Virus record (IMG/VR): IMGVR_UViG_3300034520_000378
Strand: one strand, 5' to 3'
Source: a virus
Length of the DNA: 64,000 nucleotides
Below, in pieces: positions 46,981 through 57,031 of this stretch. Position numbers and translations under genes: made by a program. The notes under the pieces were generated by a model that saw nothing but the letters and a program-made list of their open reading frames with translations, did not search any database and was not told the origin of the DNA. Position 1 is the first letter of the stretch. Every line of letters starts with the position of its first letter.

Positions 46981-47033
46981 ATTCGCTTCTGACTCACGCC
47001 GACCGTACCGTCGACAGCCTGGTCGGTACTATC

Positions 47034-47243
47034 ATGGGCTGGCTTGACGATATTGCCTGCGACAGACGTATAAACGAGAGGCGCGCTTCTGCTCTAGACA
47101 TGATTTCCCGCTTCGTACAGGATATGCTTGAAGACTATGCCAGACGCTGTGCTGACCCGGGGCACTGGCGCGGTTTCGTTGCTCAGCACTTTCCCCAGTA
47201 CTACCATGAGCTGTACCCGGAAATTCCTCAAGAAACATGTTGA
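47034..47243 (+). CDS. fragment resembling C-terminus of family B
   Basis: WRGFVAQHFPQYYHELY. Confidence 0.55.
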   Translation: MGWLDDIACDRRINERRASALDMISRFVQDMLEDYARRCADPGHWRGFVAQHFPQYYHELYPEIPQETC

Positions 47244-47269
47244 CACATGTGTCCCATATATGGTACAAT
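47240..47269 (+). promoter_or_regulatory. sigmaA promoter with TGTGTCCC box
   Basis: TTGACA-N18-TACAAT, extended -10. Confidence 0.7.
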
Positions 47270-47396
47270 ATAATTAGCAACACCCCTCCACCCCTGCACT
47301 GAAGTGCCCCGGAAGAGTTCACGAGTTACCGGGTTGAATGCAGCCCGCCGGAAAGCCGGCGGGCTGCATAACACTGTCTTTCAGGAGAGGTTGTGC

Positions 47397-47606
47397 ATGC
47401 TTATTGATGCACTCATCGTGAAGAACAACAAGCCGATAGTCTTCAAATGCGATACCTCATGCCCCTATTTTCACGATCACTGCTGCTGTGCAGGCAAGAA
47501 AGCGTTCAGGGGCATTCTAATTGAGCCAGGTATGCTCTGTCCACTCTTACCCAAGGAAGGAGGTGTTTTTCTTGCCGAAGATAGCGATAACCGATCTGGA
47601 CGGTAG
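47397..47606 (+). CDS. small Cys-rich protein
   Basis: GGAGAGG RBS. Confidence 0.5.
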   Translation: MLIDALIVKNNKPIVFKCDTSCPYFHDHCCCAGKKAFRGILIEPGMLCPLLPKEGGVFLAEDSDNRSGR

Positions 47607-47814
47607 AGACGTTACTATTGACGCCCAGGAGTTTATACTAGTTGGCTATGGTACGCCGGAGGGCGAAAAGGAACCGCGGATCTTCTCGCTTTCGCATGCC
47701 GCTCCAATCTTTGTTGCGCTGGCCTCCAAGATTGTAGATACCATGGCATACAACGAGATTGACGAGATCATGCGCGCAACGCAGCTTCTGCAGTCTGAAG
47801 AGGAGGAGAAGTGA
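47572..47814 (+). CDS. hypothetical protein
   Basis: AAGGAGGTG RBS, TTG start. Confidence 0.6.
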   Translation: MPKIAITDLDGRDVTIDAQEFILVGYGTPEGEKEPRIFSLSHAAPIFVALASKIVDTMAYNEIDEIMRATQLLQSEEEEK

Positions 47815-47815
47815 C

Positions 47816-48103
47816 ATGCTGCGACCGATTGGAGCACGGTGTGTTATACAGCGCATCAAAGATCCCAACTCCAAGATCATTATCCCCGAAAGCGATAAGC
47901 TGCGCGGTGATGTGTACGTCCCGGCTGTAGTCCTGGCAGTCGGTGACGGTGCCTACCTCGAGTCCGGCGAAAAGGTGCCGGTCTGTGTGAAGCCGGGCGA
48001 CAAAGTCCTGGTTCCCGAGCGTGTTGGCTACCACATTCGCCAGGACAATCAGGAGTACATCATCATAAACGAGCGCGACATTATTGCCGTCCTTGAGGAG
48101 TGA
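47816..48103 (+). CDS. groES: co-chaperonin GroES (Cpn10)
   Basis: LRPIG.R, IIIP, VLAVGDG, VKPGDKVL, IINERDIIAVLE. Confidence 0.9.
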   Translation: MLRPIGARCVIQRIKDPNSKIIIPESDKLRGDVYVPAVVLAVGDGAYLESGEKVPVCVKPGDKVLVPERVGYHIRQDNQEYIIINERDIIAVLEE

Positions 48104-48134
48104 CTTATCGCCGGGCCTATGGCCCGGCTGTACG

Positions 48135-48211
48135 GGCGGAGTAGCTCAATCAGGCAGAGCAGCAGTCTCCAAAACTGCCGGCTGCGGGTTCAAGTCCCGC
48201 CTCCCCCGCCA
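48135..48211 (+). tRNA. tRNA-Trp (CCA)
   Basis: cloverleaf: anticodon arm GCAGT-CTCCAAA-ACTGC, T arm GCGGG-TTCAAGT-CCCGC, G73, encoded CCA. Confidence 0.92.
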
Positions 48212-48236
48212 AAACTCTGAGAAAGGAGGTAAAAGC

Positions 48237-48434
48237 ATGCTTTTCAAGAGCGTTGAAGTAAGATGTCCGTATTGCGGAACAGTCAATATGGTCGACATTG
48301 AATTTCCTGGATACTCTCAACCCAGAGTAATCACATGCGACATTGAACAGGGCGGTTGCGACAAATACTTTGTCGTACAGCCTCATGTAAATGTCGAAGT
48401 GAAAACCTACAAAATCGAAGGGATGGAGGATTGA
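48237..48434 (+). CDS. small zinc-ribbon protein
   Basis: AAGGAGG RBS; CPYC..CD...GGC. Confidence 0.7.
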   Translation: MLFKSVEVRCPYCGTVNMVDIEFPGYSQPRVITCDIEQGGCDKYFVVQPHVNVEVKTYKIEGMED

Positions 48435-48523
48435 ATCAGGACATTCGCATAACAAGTTCTCAACAGGAGAGATGATCTTTGTTACCGTGGTAGGCGTAAG
48501 GATCAAGCGTAGGAGGTGAAGGT

Positions 48524-48712
48524 ATGCCCAATATGATACGTGTCCAAACCGAACAGGATAGGGATCAGCTTGCGATAATCCTCATCAGGGCCGGCTATAA
48601 GGTCTGGGCCGAGCGCAAGCATGACGCCAGCCTGACAAGCTGCAGTCACTATGTCTATTGGGAAGACATATCCCAGGATGGAACGAACCAATCATATTCA
48701 GTAGATCTCTAA
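48524..48712 (+). CDS. hypothetical protein
   Basis: GGAGGTG RBS; DR..LA.ILI.AGYKVW. Confidence 0.6.
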   Translation: MPNMIRVQTEQDRDQLAIILIRAGYKVWAERKHDASLTSCSHYVYWEDISQDGTNQSYSVDL

Positions 48713-48804
48713 GCTCATATAAGCAGGTATGTTACAGTAGTACAGGATCCCTGCTATACACAAGCGTAAGCTAAGCCTTGTTTAATGGTATGGTTCGTTC
48801 CAGG
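48679..48804. repeat. TGGAACGAACCA inverted-repeat cassette, locus 2
   Basis: motif at 48679 and inverted at 48791; shares AAGCTCATAT, GATCCCTG, GTAAGCTAAG blocks with 16507-16693. Confidence 0.8.
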
Positions 48805-48839
48805 GGACCATACCAAATACTAGCACGGAGGTGTGACGA

Positions 48840-50165
48840 TTGATTTACGCGCTAACGGACGTGCCACAGAAGCTCAACTCACAGACCAAGTCAAAGCTCA
48901 CATGGCTCTCGCGCTACATGAGCTATGACTATATTGCCATCTTCAAGGCCGGGGGCTGGTCTGAGGCCGACGGCTACCGCTTTACGGCGTTTCTCAACTT
49001 CATGTATCCCGAACTGAAGCATGCCATTATCTTCAACTATCCCATTGGGCATTCGGTAGGCTATATAGCCAAGCAGCTGGGCATGCGCAAGGAGGACGTC
49101 AACCACTGCCAGCACCTTGCCTGTCTGTTTGGGATGCTCGAGAAGGATCGTCTGCTCTACTCACGCAAGAAAAAGCGTCCGGACAGGTTCCACTTTAAGA
49201 CCGGTGTACCGCCGCAGCAGATAGTGGACGTGCTGCGCAGGCTCTCCTCTGCCGGTATAAAGTCTCTCAAACAGCTTACGAAGAAGAATGTTGCAGAGGC
49301 TGGTTTTACCGGTCTTGACAGAATCTATAGGCGCGACCGCCGCGGCGACAAAGGCATAACGTTTGAGGAATCCTACGCAGCAAGGCGTATGGACCAGCAG
49401 CTGCTGTTCAATATTGTCACATCACGTCCAGAGGAGCTGCTCCCCTATCTTCCCGATGGTATCAAGCCACAGCCGTTCACTCTGCCGTCCGGAAAGCAGG
49501 TCTACAGGTTTGTCGGCAAGTATGTTGACAGGTACGTTGTCGCTGTCCTGCCGCCGATTAACCCTGGAGAGAGCTACAGCTTCAAGATCTATCCTGACCT
49601 TGACCGTTCTTTGGATGACTACAACACATTTGCCATACTGCACAAAGGCAAGCCGCTTGATGCTCCTGGTGTGGTCTTTGATGGTCTCATCAAGGACTTC
49701 ATAGAGTGCTACCACGGTGTGCCGCAGGGCTACAGCATTGTGCCTGCAGGTAATGGGATGTACAGGTTCCACAAAGATTTACCGGACGCCCCCACATCTG
49801 TCTGGCAGACCATGTTGGGCAATTACGACGCCTCTCACTTGCTCGACAGGATGTACAATTCTATTCTGGCTCCGTGTCTTGATTACGACTACTTTGAGCG
49901 GTTTGTCAATCGCCCGGCTCATGTAATCACGACTAAATATCCCGAACTCCTGCCAGCACCTGACGGTATGGAGTGGAAACTGCGGCATGGCCGTCACGGC
50001 TGTTACTATCAGCTTACACCCCTTTCCCCGCACCTTAAGACCGTTCCCGTTCTTACGCGCACCTACCGCGGACGCGGGCTTATGTGGCACTTTGTCAGCA
50101 AGGATAAGGTAGACGAGTTTGTAAACAGGTTCGAGAAGGAGAGAAAAAAGATCACTGCTGCGTAA
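48840..50165 (+). CDS. hypothetical DNA-binding protein, candidate replication initiator
   Basis: 441 aa; HTH-like SVGYIAKQLGMRKEDV; between repeat cassette and dnaE. Confidence 0.6.
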   Translation: MIYALTDVPQKLNSQTKSKLTWLSRYMSYDYIAIFKAGGWSEADGYRFTAFLNFMYPELKHAIIFNYPIGHSVGYIAKQLGMRKEDVNHCQHLACLFGMLEKDRLLYSRKKKRPDRFHFKTGVPPQQIVDVLRRLSSAGIKSLKQLTKKNVAEAGFTGLDRIYRRDRRGDKGITFEESYAARRMDQQLLFNIVTSRPEELLPYLPDGIKPQPFTLPSGKQVYRFVGKYVDRYVVAVLPPINPGESYSFKIYPDLDRSLDDYNTFAILHKGKPLDAPGVVFDGLIKDFIECYHGVPQGYSIVPAGNGMYRFHKDLPDAPTSVWQTMLGNYDASHLLDRMYNSILAPCLDYDYFERFVNRPAHVITTKYPELLPAPDGMEWKLRHGRHGCYYQLTPLSPHLKTVPVLTRTYRGRGLMWHFVSKDKVDEFVNRFEKERKKITAA

Positions 50166-50237
50166 GGGCGGCGTCACTCTCCGTTCGCGCCGAATGTGAT
50201 TCAGCTAAATAGTGCATCTAATTGAACACGAAAGGGG

Positions 50238-53200
50238 GTGTTGCCGATACTCTATGTCCCGACCCACGTCCATACCGCATTCAGCGTCCTCGATGGCCTC
50301 GCCAAGACTGAAGATCTGGTTGCCAAGGCAAAAGAGTTCGGCATGCCAGCCATTGCGGTGACGGACCATCGCAACACCGCTGCGCATGTGAAGTTCTACA
50401 GGGTATGTCAGGAGGCGGAAATAAAACCCCTGCTCGGCGTTGAGCTGAATGAAGCTGACGACAGGCTGCTGCACTCCCGTAAAGCGCGTCAGGAAAGAGG
50501 CTACGATGACTACCACATCATCATGATTGCCAAGAACCAGGAAGGCTACAAAAACCTCATGGAGATAGTCTCGGACGCCTCTACTGCGGGCTACTTTGAC
50601 AAGACCGAGCAGACAGACATGACGGTCCTCCGCGAGCGCGGCAGGGGAATTATAGCCACTTCGGCGTGCCTGGCCGGCCGCATCCCGCGGTACATCCTCC
50701 AAAACAGGCTGGACGATGCCGAGCGATGGATATCCGACTTCAAGGAAGTCTTCGACCAGTTCTATCTGGAGATTCAGCCAAACTCCCTGCCGGAGCAGGC
50801 TGTAGTAAACGAAGCGCTCATTCAGCTTGCACGCAAGACGAACACGCCGCTCATTCTTGGCACTGACGTGCACTATGTGAACCGCGAGGACGCCTTTGCA
50901 CAGGACATTCTATTGTGTATCCAGACAGGCAAGAAGCTCAAAGACCAGGATCGTCTCAAGTTCAACGGAGATCCGGACTACTACATGTGGTCGCCGGAGG
51001 AGATAGACAAGTGGATTGCCGCCTCTTCCCTGCCTCATGATGCTCTGTATGAAGCTGTAGAGAACACTCTACGCGTTGCCGAAGAATGCGACGTCACACT
51101 GGATCTTGGCACGCACAAGATGCCAACGTTCAAGACACCGGACGGCTCAACGCCTGAAGACTATCTTACACGCATCTGCTACACCGAACTTGACCGCAGG
51201 TTTGCCGATCACCCCGATTACGGCACATACAAGGCACGGCTTGAGATGGAGCTGTCTGTCATAATTCCCAAAGGCTTTGCGAGCTACTTCCTCATACTGC
51301 AGGATATCCTGGACTACTGCAGACGTCAGGGTATACCGCGTGGCGGTGGGCGCGGCAGTGCGGCGGGATGCTTCGTAGCTTACCTGCTTGGGATAACAAC
51401 AATAGATCCGATACAGAACGGTCTATTGTTCGAGCGTTAGAGGATAGCGCTCGTTAAACTGGGTGAATTCGGGGAAACTCCCTTTAGGGACAACCCCGAG
51501 CCGAGCCTGGCCGGGCCCGGCGCAAGCCGGTGGTAGCCAGGAAGGTGTAGAGGCCAGCGGCTGAGTCCCAACGATAATGCCGCCACGAGCGCCCGGCACC
51601 GGAGTCCTCCGGTGATGATATGGTCCGACCTGCCTGGCAACAGGCAGAACCAGGAGATAAAAAGCTCCTGGGATAACATAAGTGTTCCTCAACCCCGAGC
51701 GCGTGAGCTTGCCCGACATTGATGTGGATATCAGTCACGAGCGTCGCGATGAGGTTATAGCCTACGTCCGCCAGACATACGGCCACGTTGCCCAAATAGC
51801 CACCTATTCCCTACTCCATCCCAAGAGTGCCGTCCGTGACATATGTCGCGTACTGGATCTTTCCTATTCTTATGCTGACATGCTCTCCAAGCTGGTGCCC
51901 GAGAAGATGCCAGACCAGTCCGAGGTAACGCTTGAGAAGTTCCTGCTCCCCGTAAACGACTTTGACAAGGCTGCCGAGAAGTGGGGACCGGCCGAGGCAA
52001 AAGCAATCAAGGCACAGGCCGAGCAGTTCCTCAAGGAAGCGCAGAAGCACCCGGAGATTATGAACATCCTCCACAAGATAGAAGGCTGTGTCCGCTCTGT
52101 AGGAATACACGCTGGTGGCGTCCTCATAGCTCCCACGGAGCTTACGGACTACTGCAGCCTTATTGCTTCTCCGGGCAAGGTCGTCTGTTCGCTCGATATG
52201 GAGGATGTCGATGTCTACGGCCTGCTGAAAGTCGACCTTCTCGGCTTAAAGACGGTGTCTATCATTTATCGAACAGCAGAAAGAGTTGGCGTTGACATAG
52301 ACAGTGTGCCGCTAGATGATCCTGCTGTCTACGAGCTCTACCAGAACGGTCAGACCCACGGTATATTCCAGCTGTCCGGTGATGGTATCACGAGGTATGC
52401 CAAGGAGGTGAAGCCGCGAGAGTTCTCGGACCTGGTTGACATATTGGCCCTTGCCTAGGTGGTAGGGGGCCGTTAAAGCGGGTAATATGCTGGGACGCCC
52501 TTAGAGTCCAACCGACGATACCGACCGGTGACGGATCGGCGACCCGTAAAACTGGTTGGAATTGGGCAATCAGCAGGCAAAGTACTGAGTCAGTCAGTAC
52601 TGGCCTCAGAGACTGCGGAGTATTCCGGCTCATGATTGGTGACAATCATGAGTATCCCCGCTAGGCCTCTAAGGAGGCCGAATGATACAGTCCGAACCCT
52701 AGGCGAAAGCTTAGGGAGTCAGGCAGAAATGACCTGACCTTCCAGGGCCATAGCTAGGCGTTGTCTAAGCCATTCTTCAGTTATTGGTTCATCGTACCGT
52801 ATAACTAACAGTTTTAATCCATGGGCACTAATTAGTTTCTGCTTAATATAGTCCCGATACTTTCTGACCTTGAACTTCTCTAGCTCGTCTTCACCGAAGC
52901 GTTCTGTTTGCGGTATATAGTGTTGCTCACCATTGTACTCTATGCATAGTTTATAGGCTGGAAAGTAAGCATCAACATAGAGCTTACGTCCCGTTTTAGG
53001 GTTAACTAGCCATGGAAATGACTTCTCCAGGATATAGGTGCTATTGAGAATCTTGGCTATTTTCTCTATAATGATTCGCGCTGTTACTGGATTGCCTGGT
53101 ATTCGATCTTCTAGTCCGGCAGCTCTGTAAGCATTATTAAGAGAGCCGAATCTGCGCATGAATGTCTCAACTGAGTAGCGTGATGCCTCCTTAATGACCT

Positions 53201-56200
53201 TGTGAGAAACATACCCGTATTCGTCTTTGAGTCGTCTTAGCTCTTCAAGGAGGTGTTCTTCAGGAATGTTTATCTCACAGTTGATGGGTAGCCCAAGTTC
53301 TCTAAGCATGTTGTTAAAGCTTCCAAACAGGCGCTCTATAGGTTTGCGTGAATACTTGCCTTCTCGTAGATAGAGTTCTTTGGTGATGCGACCATGCTCC
53401 CTAAAGACTCTTAGGACGTCTTCAACTAGTTCTTCTCTTGTAATTGGCGTGGCCCTGTGAGACGCTTCTTTATGCGGCTCGAGACCAAGAAGGCGGTAGA
53501 CGTTTAGAAGTGATCCAAAGTGATCCTTATATGCCGTAGGTCCAAACCGCCCATGGTTGGCGATTATCTGATTGGTTACCTTACCGAATAGTTCGTAAAG
53601 CCGCAGGAATTCTTGTAGCAACTCTTCGTCGCTTATCTTTCCTTTATGCGGTGTTCTCACAGGACTCCGCCAGTTACGAGTTGAGATCCGTTTACTATCC
53701 TGTTTGTTAAGTTTAAGTTCTTCTGCAAGGCGCTTTATACCTCCGTACTTCTTCACTTGATAATACGTAAGTACGGGATGCTTCTGAATAAGCTCTTTGC
53801 TGATGTGCCCATGGGACTTGTAGATCTCATACAGATACCTGAGGACTTCTTCGCGAGTCATACCGTACTATACCTCCCATTGGTATTCTCATGGAGGTAT
53901 AGTACCTGGAACAAAACGTTCACATTGCCTAGCTATACCTGGATGTAACATAAAGCTACCGTCCAGGCCCACTCGACGCCGTAGTAGAAACAGGGCGCAC
54001 CATTGCAGAACAGTATATCTACAATCGTGAGCATCCAGATGAGATAACCTACCCGCACCCGGATTTGGAGGATATACTGAGGCCGACATACGGCGTTATG
54101 ATATACCAGGAGCAGGTGACTTCGTCGCCTGGCAGATACAGAAATGTATCTGCGTAGAACCGGGCAAAATCGGCGGAGCCAACATACCGTATCGTTTAGC
54201 AGGAGGAAAACGATATGTCCAAGAGCGCTTGTCATGACCCCGTCCGAGAGCAAGCAGTTGCATTATACAGCCAGGGATTACTTATTCGTGAAGTTGCCGA
54301 ACTGTTATCCCTTAAGCCCAGTACTGTCCAGTCGTGGATATCTAAGGCTGGTATAAGCAGACATCGTGGTCCCGCTTCTGGCGTGGTTAACGAAGATTAC
54401 TTCGATTACATTGATACAGAAGACAAAGCTTACTGGCTTGGTTGGCTTATGGCTGACAGCTGTATTAGCGTCTACAACGGACAGTACTCTCTTAAGATTC
54501 ACATAGCCATTGAAGATAGGATACTCATTGATACGTTTCTAAGGTTTATTAGATCAAGCAATAAGCCATGCATCAAGCAGTACCGAGGATGTACTTCATA
54601 CTACGTTAGTTTGACATCGCGCCACATGGTTGAGGCTCTAATAAGACATGGTGTAGTCCAAGGTAAATCGGCGCGTTGTTCTATTCCAGATATACCGCAA
54701 GACCTTGTTAGACATTTTGTACGCGGTTATTTTGATGGAGACGGTACGATTGAGACACGTGGCAAACGACGCAGGGCAGGGATAACAGGACATCCGCTTT
54801 TGCTTGAGCAAATTTTAGACATGATCATCCAGTCACACCCGTTAGAACGGTGTCCTAAAATATATCCTTCAACCGGAACATCTTACTTTCTCATTAGTAG
54901 GCGCCATGATTTAGAGATGTTTTATGACTATCTGTATGGAGATGCAACTATATGGCTTCCCAGGAAGCGCGATGCTTTTGTTGAAGCTCTTGGGCGTGGC
55001 AACGCCGAGGTAACCATCTAGCCTAAAAACAAGATGGCACCGTAACGCATAGAGGGTGAACCTGTGAGCACGAAATGTGCTCACAGAATATAATCCCTCC
55101 ACGAGTGTCCGGCACCCAAACCGTAAAGGTCGGTGGGTGAAAACGTATGCTGACCTGTGCCGAGTGGTATGGTAGGCACAGAACTAGAGGATAAAAAGCC
55201 TCTAGGGTAACAAAGTGGATGAACATTGCTAAGAAGCTTGCGGGCTACACTCTAGGTCAAGCGGACGCCCTAAGAAAACTTATAGCCAAAAAGAAGCTTG
55301 ATGAGCTTCCTGCAGCTCGTGCACAATTTGTCCAGGGCGGCGTAGCAAATGGTTATCCTGAAGAGCTGATGAACCAGCTCTTCGACCAAATAGAGAAGTT
55401 CGGTGGGTTGACAGAACAGCCCCCGTGCGGAGCAATCCGCACGTGCAAACCGGGTGAATTCAGGGGAAGCCTGAGATGGTCACCCTGAGCCAAGCCCAGC
55501 CAGGGGCCCGATGGATAATCGGTGGCGGCTGGGAAGGTGCAACGACCAGGACGTGCGTCCCCGACAATAAGCGTTCCTCGAGCGCCCGGCATCCCTCTGG
55601 GATGATGATATGGTCTAGCCCAACGGGAAATGAACCGTTGGTAGGAGCGATGCCTTCAACAAGTCCCATTCCGCAGCGTACGCATACCTGTCATACCAAA
55701 CGGCCTATCTCAAAGCACATTACCCGGTAGAGTTCATGGCCGAGTTGATGTCAAGCGATGTGGACAATCCCGATAAGCTGCTGGAGCACGTACAGGAGTG
55801 CCGCAAGATGGGCATCCCGCTGCTCCCGGTAGACGTAAACCACAGTAAAGCGGAGTTCTCCATTGAGACTGTTGACATTGCAGGCCGCCCGGTCAAGGCA
55901 ATCAGGTACGCCTTAACCGGTATCAAGACCATAGGCCGCAGTGTAGCTGACGAGATTGTAGCGCACCAGCCGTACGAGTCGTTTGAAGACTTCGTGCAGA
56001 AGGTGCGCGGGCGGACGGTACACAAGAAGGTCATGCGCACGCTTATCCTTGCCGGTCTGTTTGACTGCTTTAAACCAAACAGGTACGCTCTTCTGCACAA
56101 GTACTACTTTGTGCTACGCAGAGAAAAGCCTGATGATGTCGACTGTCCTGATCCGGCTACATGGAGTGATTCAGCTAAATATAGTCTTGATCAAGAGTCT

Positions 56201-56623
56201 TACGGTTTTGCGCTGTCTGGCCATCCTGCAGAATCGTATCCATGTCACTATCCACCTGCTGTACCGTACGATAGGCCGTTCTACATTTCCGGAGTTATCA
56301 CTGACGTAATCGTGGACAAGGACAAGCAGGGGCGGCAGATGGCCAAGGTGCGGCTCGATACGCCATTTGGTCTGTATGCCATAAGATTCTACTACCGCCA
56401 GTGGCAGCGCTACAGGTCGCTCGTCAATCAGATACGTCAGCTCGACCTGCCGCTTGTCACCATCAAGGTTAGGAAGACACGGTACATGTCACATGACATC
56501 ATCGAAGCGGTCCATGTGCTTGTGCCAGAGGAAGCACAGCGGATGTGGCAGGAGTATCTTGACAGCTGCTTTAACGTTCACACGGTCCTGCGCTCGAGCC
56601 GCCTTGTGCGATTCTACGCGTGA
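50238..56623 (+). CDS. dnaE: DNA polymerase III alpha, five exons: 50238-51437, 51685-52451, 53956-54117, 55218-55408, 55650-56623 (1097 aa spliced)
   Basis: PHP motifs, GRGSAAG, FER|FLNPER..PDIDVD, AL|YRPGP, YQEQV|M, GY|AFNKSH all restored; exon total 3294 nt in frame. Confidence 0.95.
51438..51684 (+). ncRNA. group I intron 1 in dnaE (ORF-less, 247 nt)
   Basis: exon ends in U, intron ends in G; P1 GAGCGU/GCGCUC; core GAAUUCGGGGAA..CCCCGAGCC..AGAGGCCA..GAUAUGGUCC. Confidence 0.9.
52452..53955 (+). ncRNA. group I intron 2 in dnaE (1504 nt) with antisense ORF
   Basis: P1 GGCCCU/GGGGCC; P AUGCUGGGA, Q AAUCAGCAGG, R UCAGAGACUG, S GAUACAGUCC; terminal G. Confidence 0.9.
52719..53861 (-). CDS. 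putative homing endonuclease: tandem helical repeats plus C-terminal Vsr-like PD-(D/E)xK domain
   Basis: four ~65-aa repeats (FGS..N...LGL); [19 protein letters not shown]; GGGAGG RBS. Confidence 0.8.
   Translation of the reverse strand: MTREEVLRYLYEIYKSHGHISKELIQKHPVLTYYQVKKYGGIKRLAEELKLNKQDSKRISTRNWRSPVRTPHKGKISDEELLQEFLRLYELFGKVTNQIIANHGRFGPTAYKDHFGSLLNVYRLLGLEPHKEASHRATPITREELVEDVLRVFREHGRITKELYLREGKYSRKPIERLFGSFNNMLRELGLPINCEINIPEEHLLEELRRLKDEYGYVSHKVIKEASRYSVETFMRRFGSLNNAYRAAGLEDRIPGNPVTARIIIEKIAKILNSTYILEKSFPWLVNPKTGRKLYVDAYFPAYKLCIEYNGEQHYIPQTERFGEDELEKFKVRKYRDYIKQKLISAHGLKLLVIRYDEPITEEWLRQRLAMALEGQVISA
54118..55217 (+). ncRNA. group I intron 3 in dnaE (1100 nt) with LAGLIDADG ORF
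   Basis: P1 CAGGU/GCCUG; AAAAUCGGCGGA..ACGCCGAGG..AACGCAUA..CGUAUGCUG core; 3' hairpin shared with intron 1; terminal G. Confidence 0.9.
54215..55021 (+). CDS. LAGLIDADG homing endonuclease with N-terminal HTH
   Basis: [12 protein letters not shown] and [11 protein letters not shown] motifs. Confidence 0.88.
   Translation: MSKSACHDPVREQAVALYSQGLLIREVAELLSLKPSTVQSWISKAGISRHRGPASGVVNEDYFDYIDTEDKAYWLGWLMADSCISVYNGQYSLKIHIAIEDRILIDTFLRFIRSSNKPCIKQYRGCTSYYVSLTSRHMVEALIRHGVVQGKSARCSIPDIPQDLVRHFVRGYFDGDGTIETRGKRRRAGITGHPLLLEQILDMIIQSHPLERCPKIYPSTGTSYFLISRRHDLEMFYDYLYGDATIWLPRKRDAFVEALGRGNAEVTI
55409..55649 (+). ncRNA. group I intron 4 in dnaE (ORF-less, 241 nt)
   Basis: P1 GGGU/GCCC; core similar to intron 1 (GGGUGAAUUC, GAGCGCCCGGCA, GAUAUGGUC); terminal G. 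Confidence 0.9.
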
Positions 56624-56640
56624 AGGGAGGTGCTTCATCT

Positions 56641-57012
56641 TTGCCTCGTGCCCCACATGTGCAAGCACATGAGGTGCTTTCACTTGATGACGTTATAACG
56701 AAGCTGGCTACGCAGACAGGGATGTTTAAAAGCGACGTCCGTCGGGTGGTTGTTGCTCTGCGCGACCTTATCCTGGACGAGGTAGCCAAAGGAAATGCCG
56801 TCAGGCTGTACCGCCTGGGGATCTTCGTTCCCCGGCCGCGCTACATGACAGAGAAGACCAGTGACGGCAAAAAGCGCTTCGTCCTTGACAAAAGCAAGCT
56901 GGGGCTGGTGTTTTATCCTTCCACCCCGGCTGCCACACTCAAAGCCAAAACTGATGTGGAGCAGTTAATCAATACCCCTTACACAGGGTTCAAGCATAAC
57001 TATGTATTCTAA
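56641..57012 (+). CDS. HU/IHF-like DNA-binding protein (divergent)
   Basis: LA..TG..K.DV..V....D.I...V.KG..VRL..LG.F. Confidence 0.7.
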   Translation: MPRAPHVQAHEVLSLDDVITKLATQTGMFKSDVRRVVVALRDLILDEVAKGNAVRLYRLGIFVPRPRYMTEKTSDGKKRFVLDKSKLGLVFYPSTPAATLKAKTDVEQLINTPYTGFKHNYVF

Positions 57013-57031
57013 AGGAGGAGGTATAGCTATC

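Noticed and set aside
20739-52458. Genome-wide TAG recoding
   Set aside because: Many intact genes end in TAG, the dnaE TAGs lie inside introns, and the only tRNA is a normal Trp(CCA).
56166-56181. 16-nt match (GTGATTCAGCTAAATA) to the motif upstream of dnaE
   Set aside because: Lies within the coding exon with no downstream start; treated as chance unless TSS data say otherwise.
50238-56623. dnaE as a degraded pseudogene or trans-spliced split-intein gene
   Set aside because: Gaps have group I cores and precise U/G boundaries that restore the frame; no intein motifs at fragment ends.
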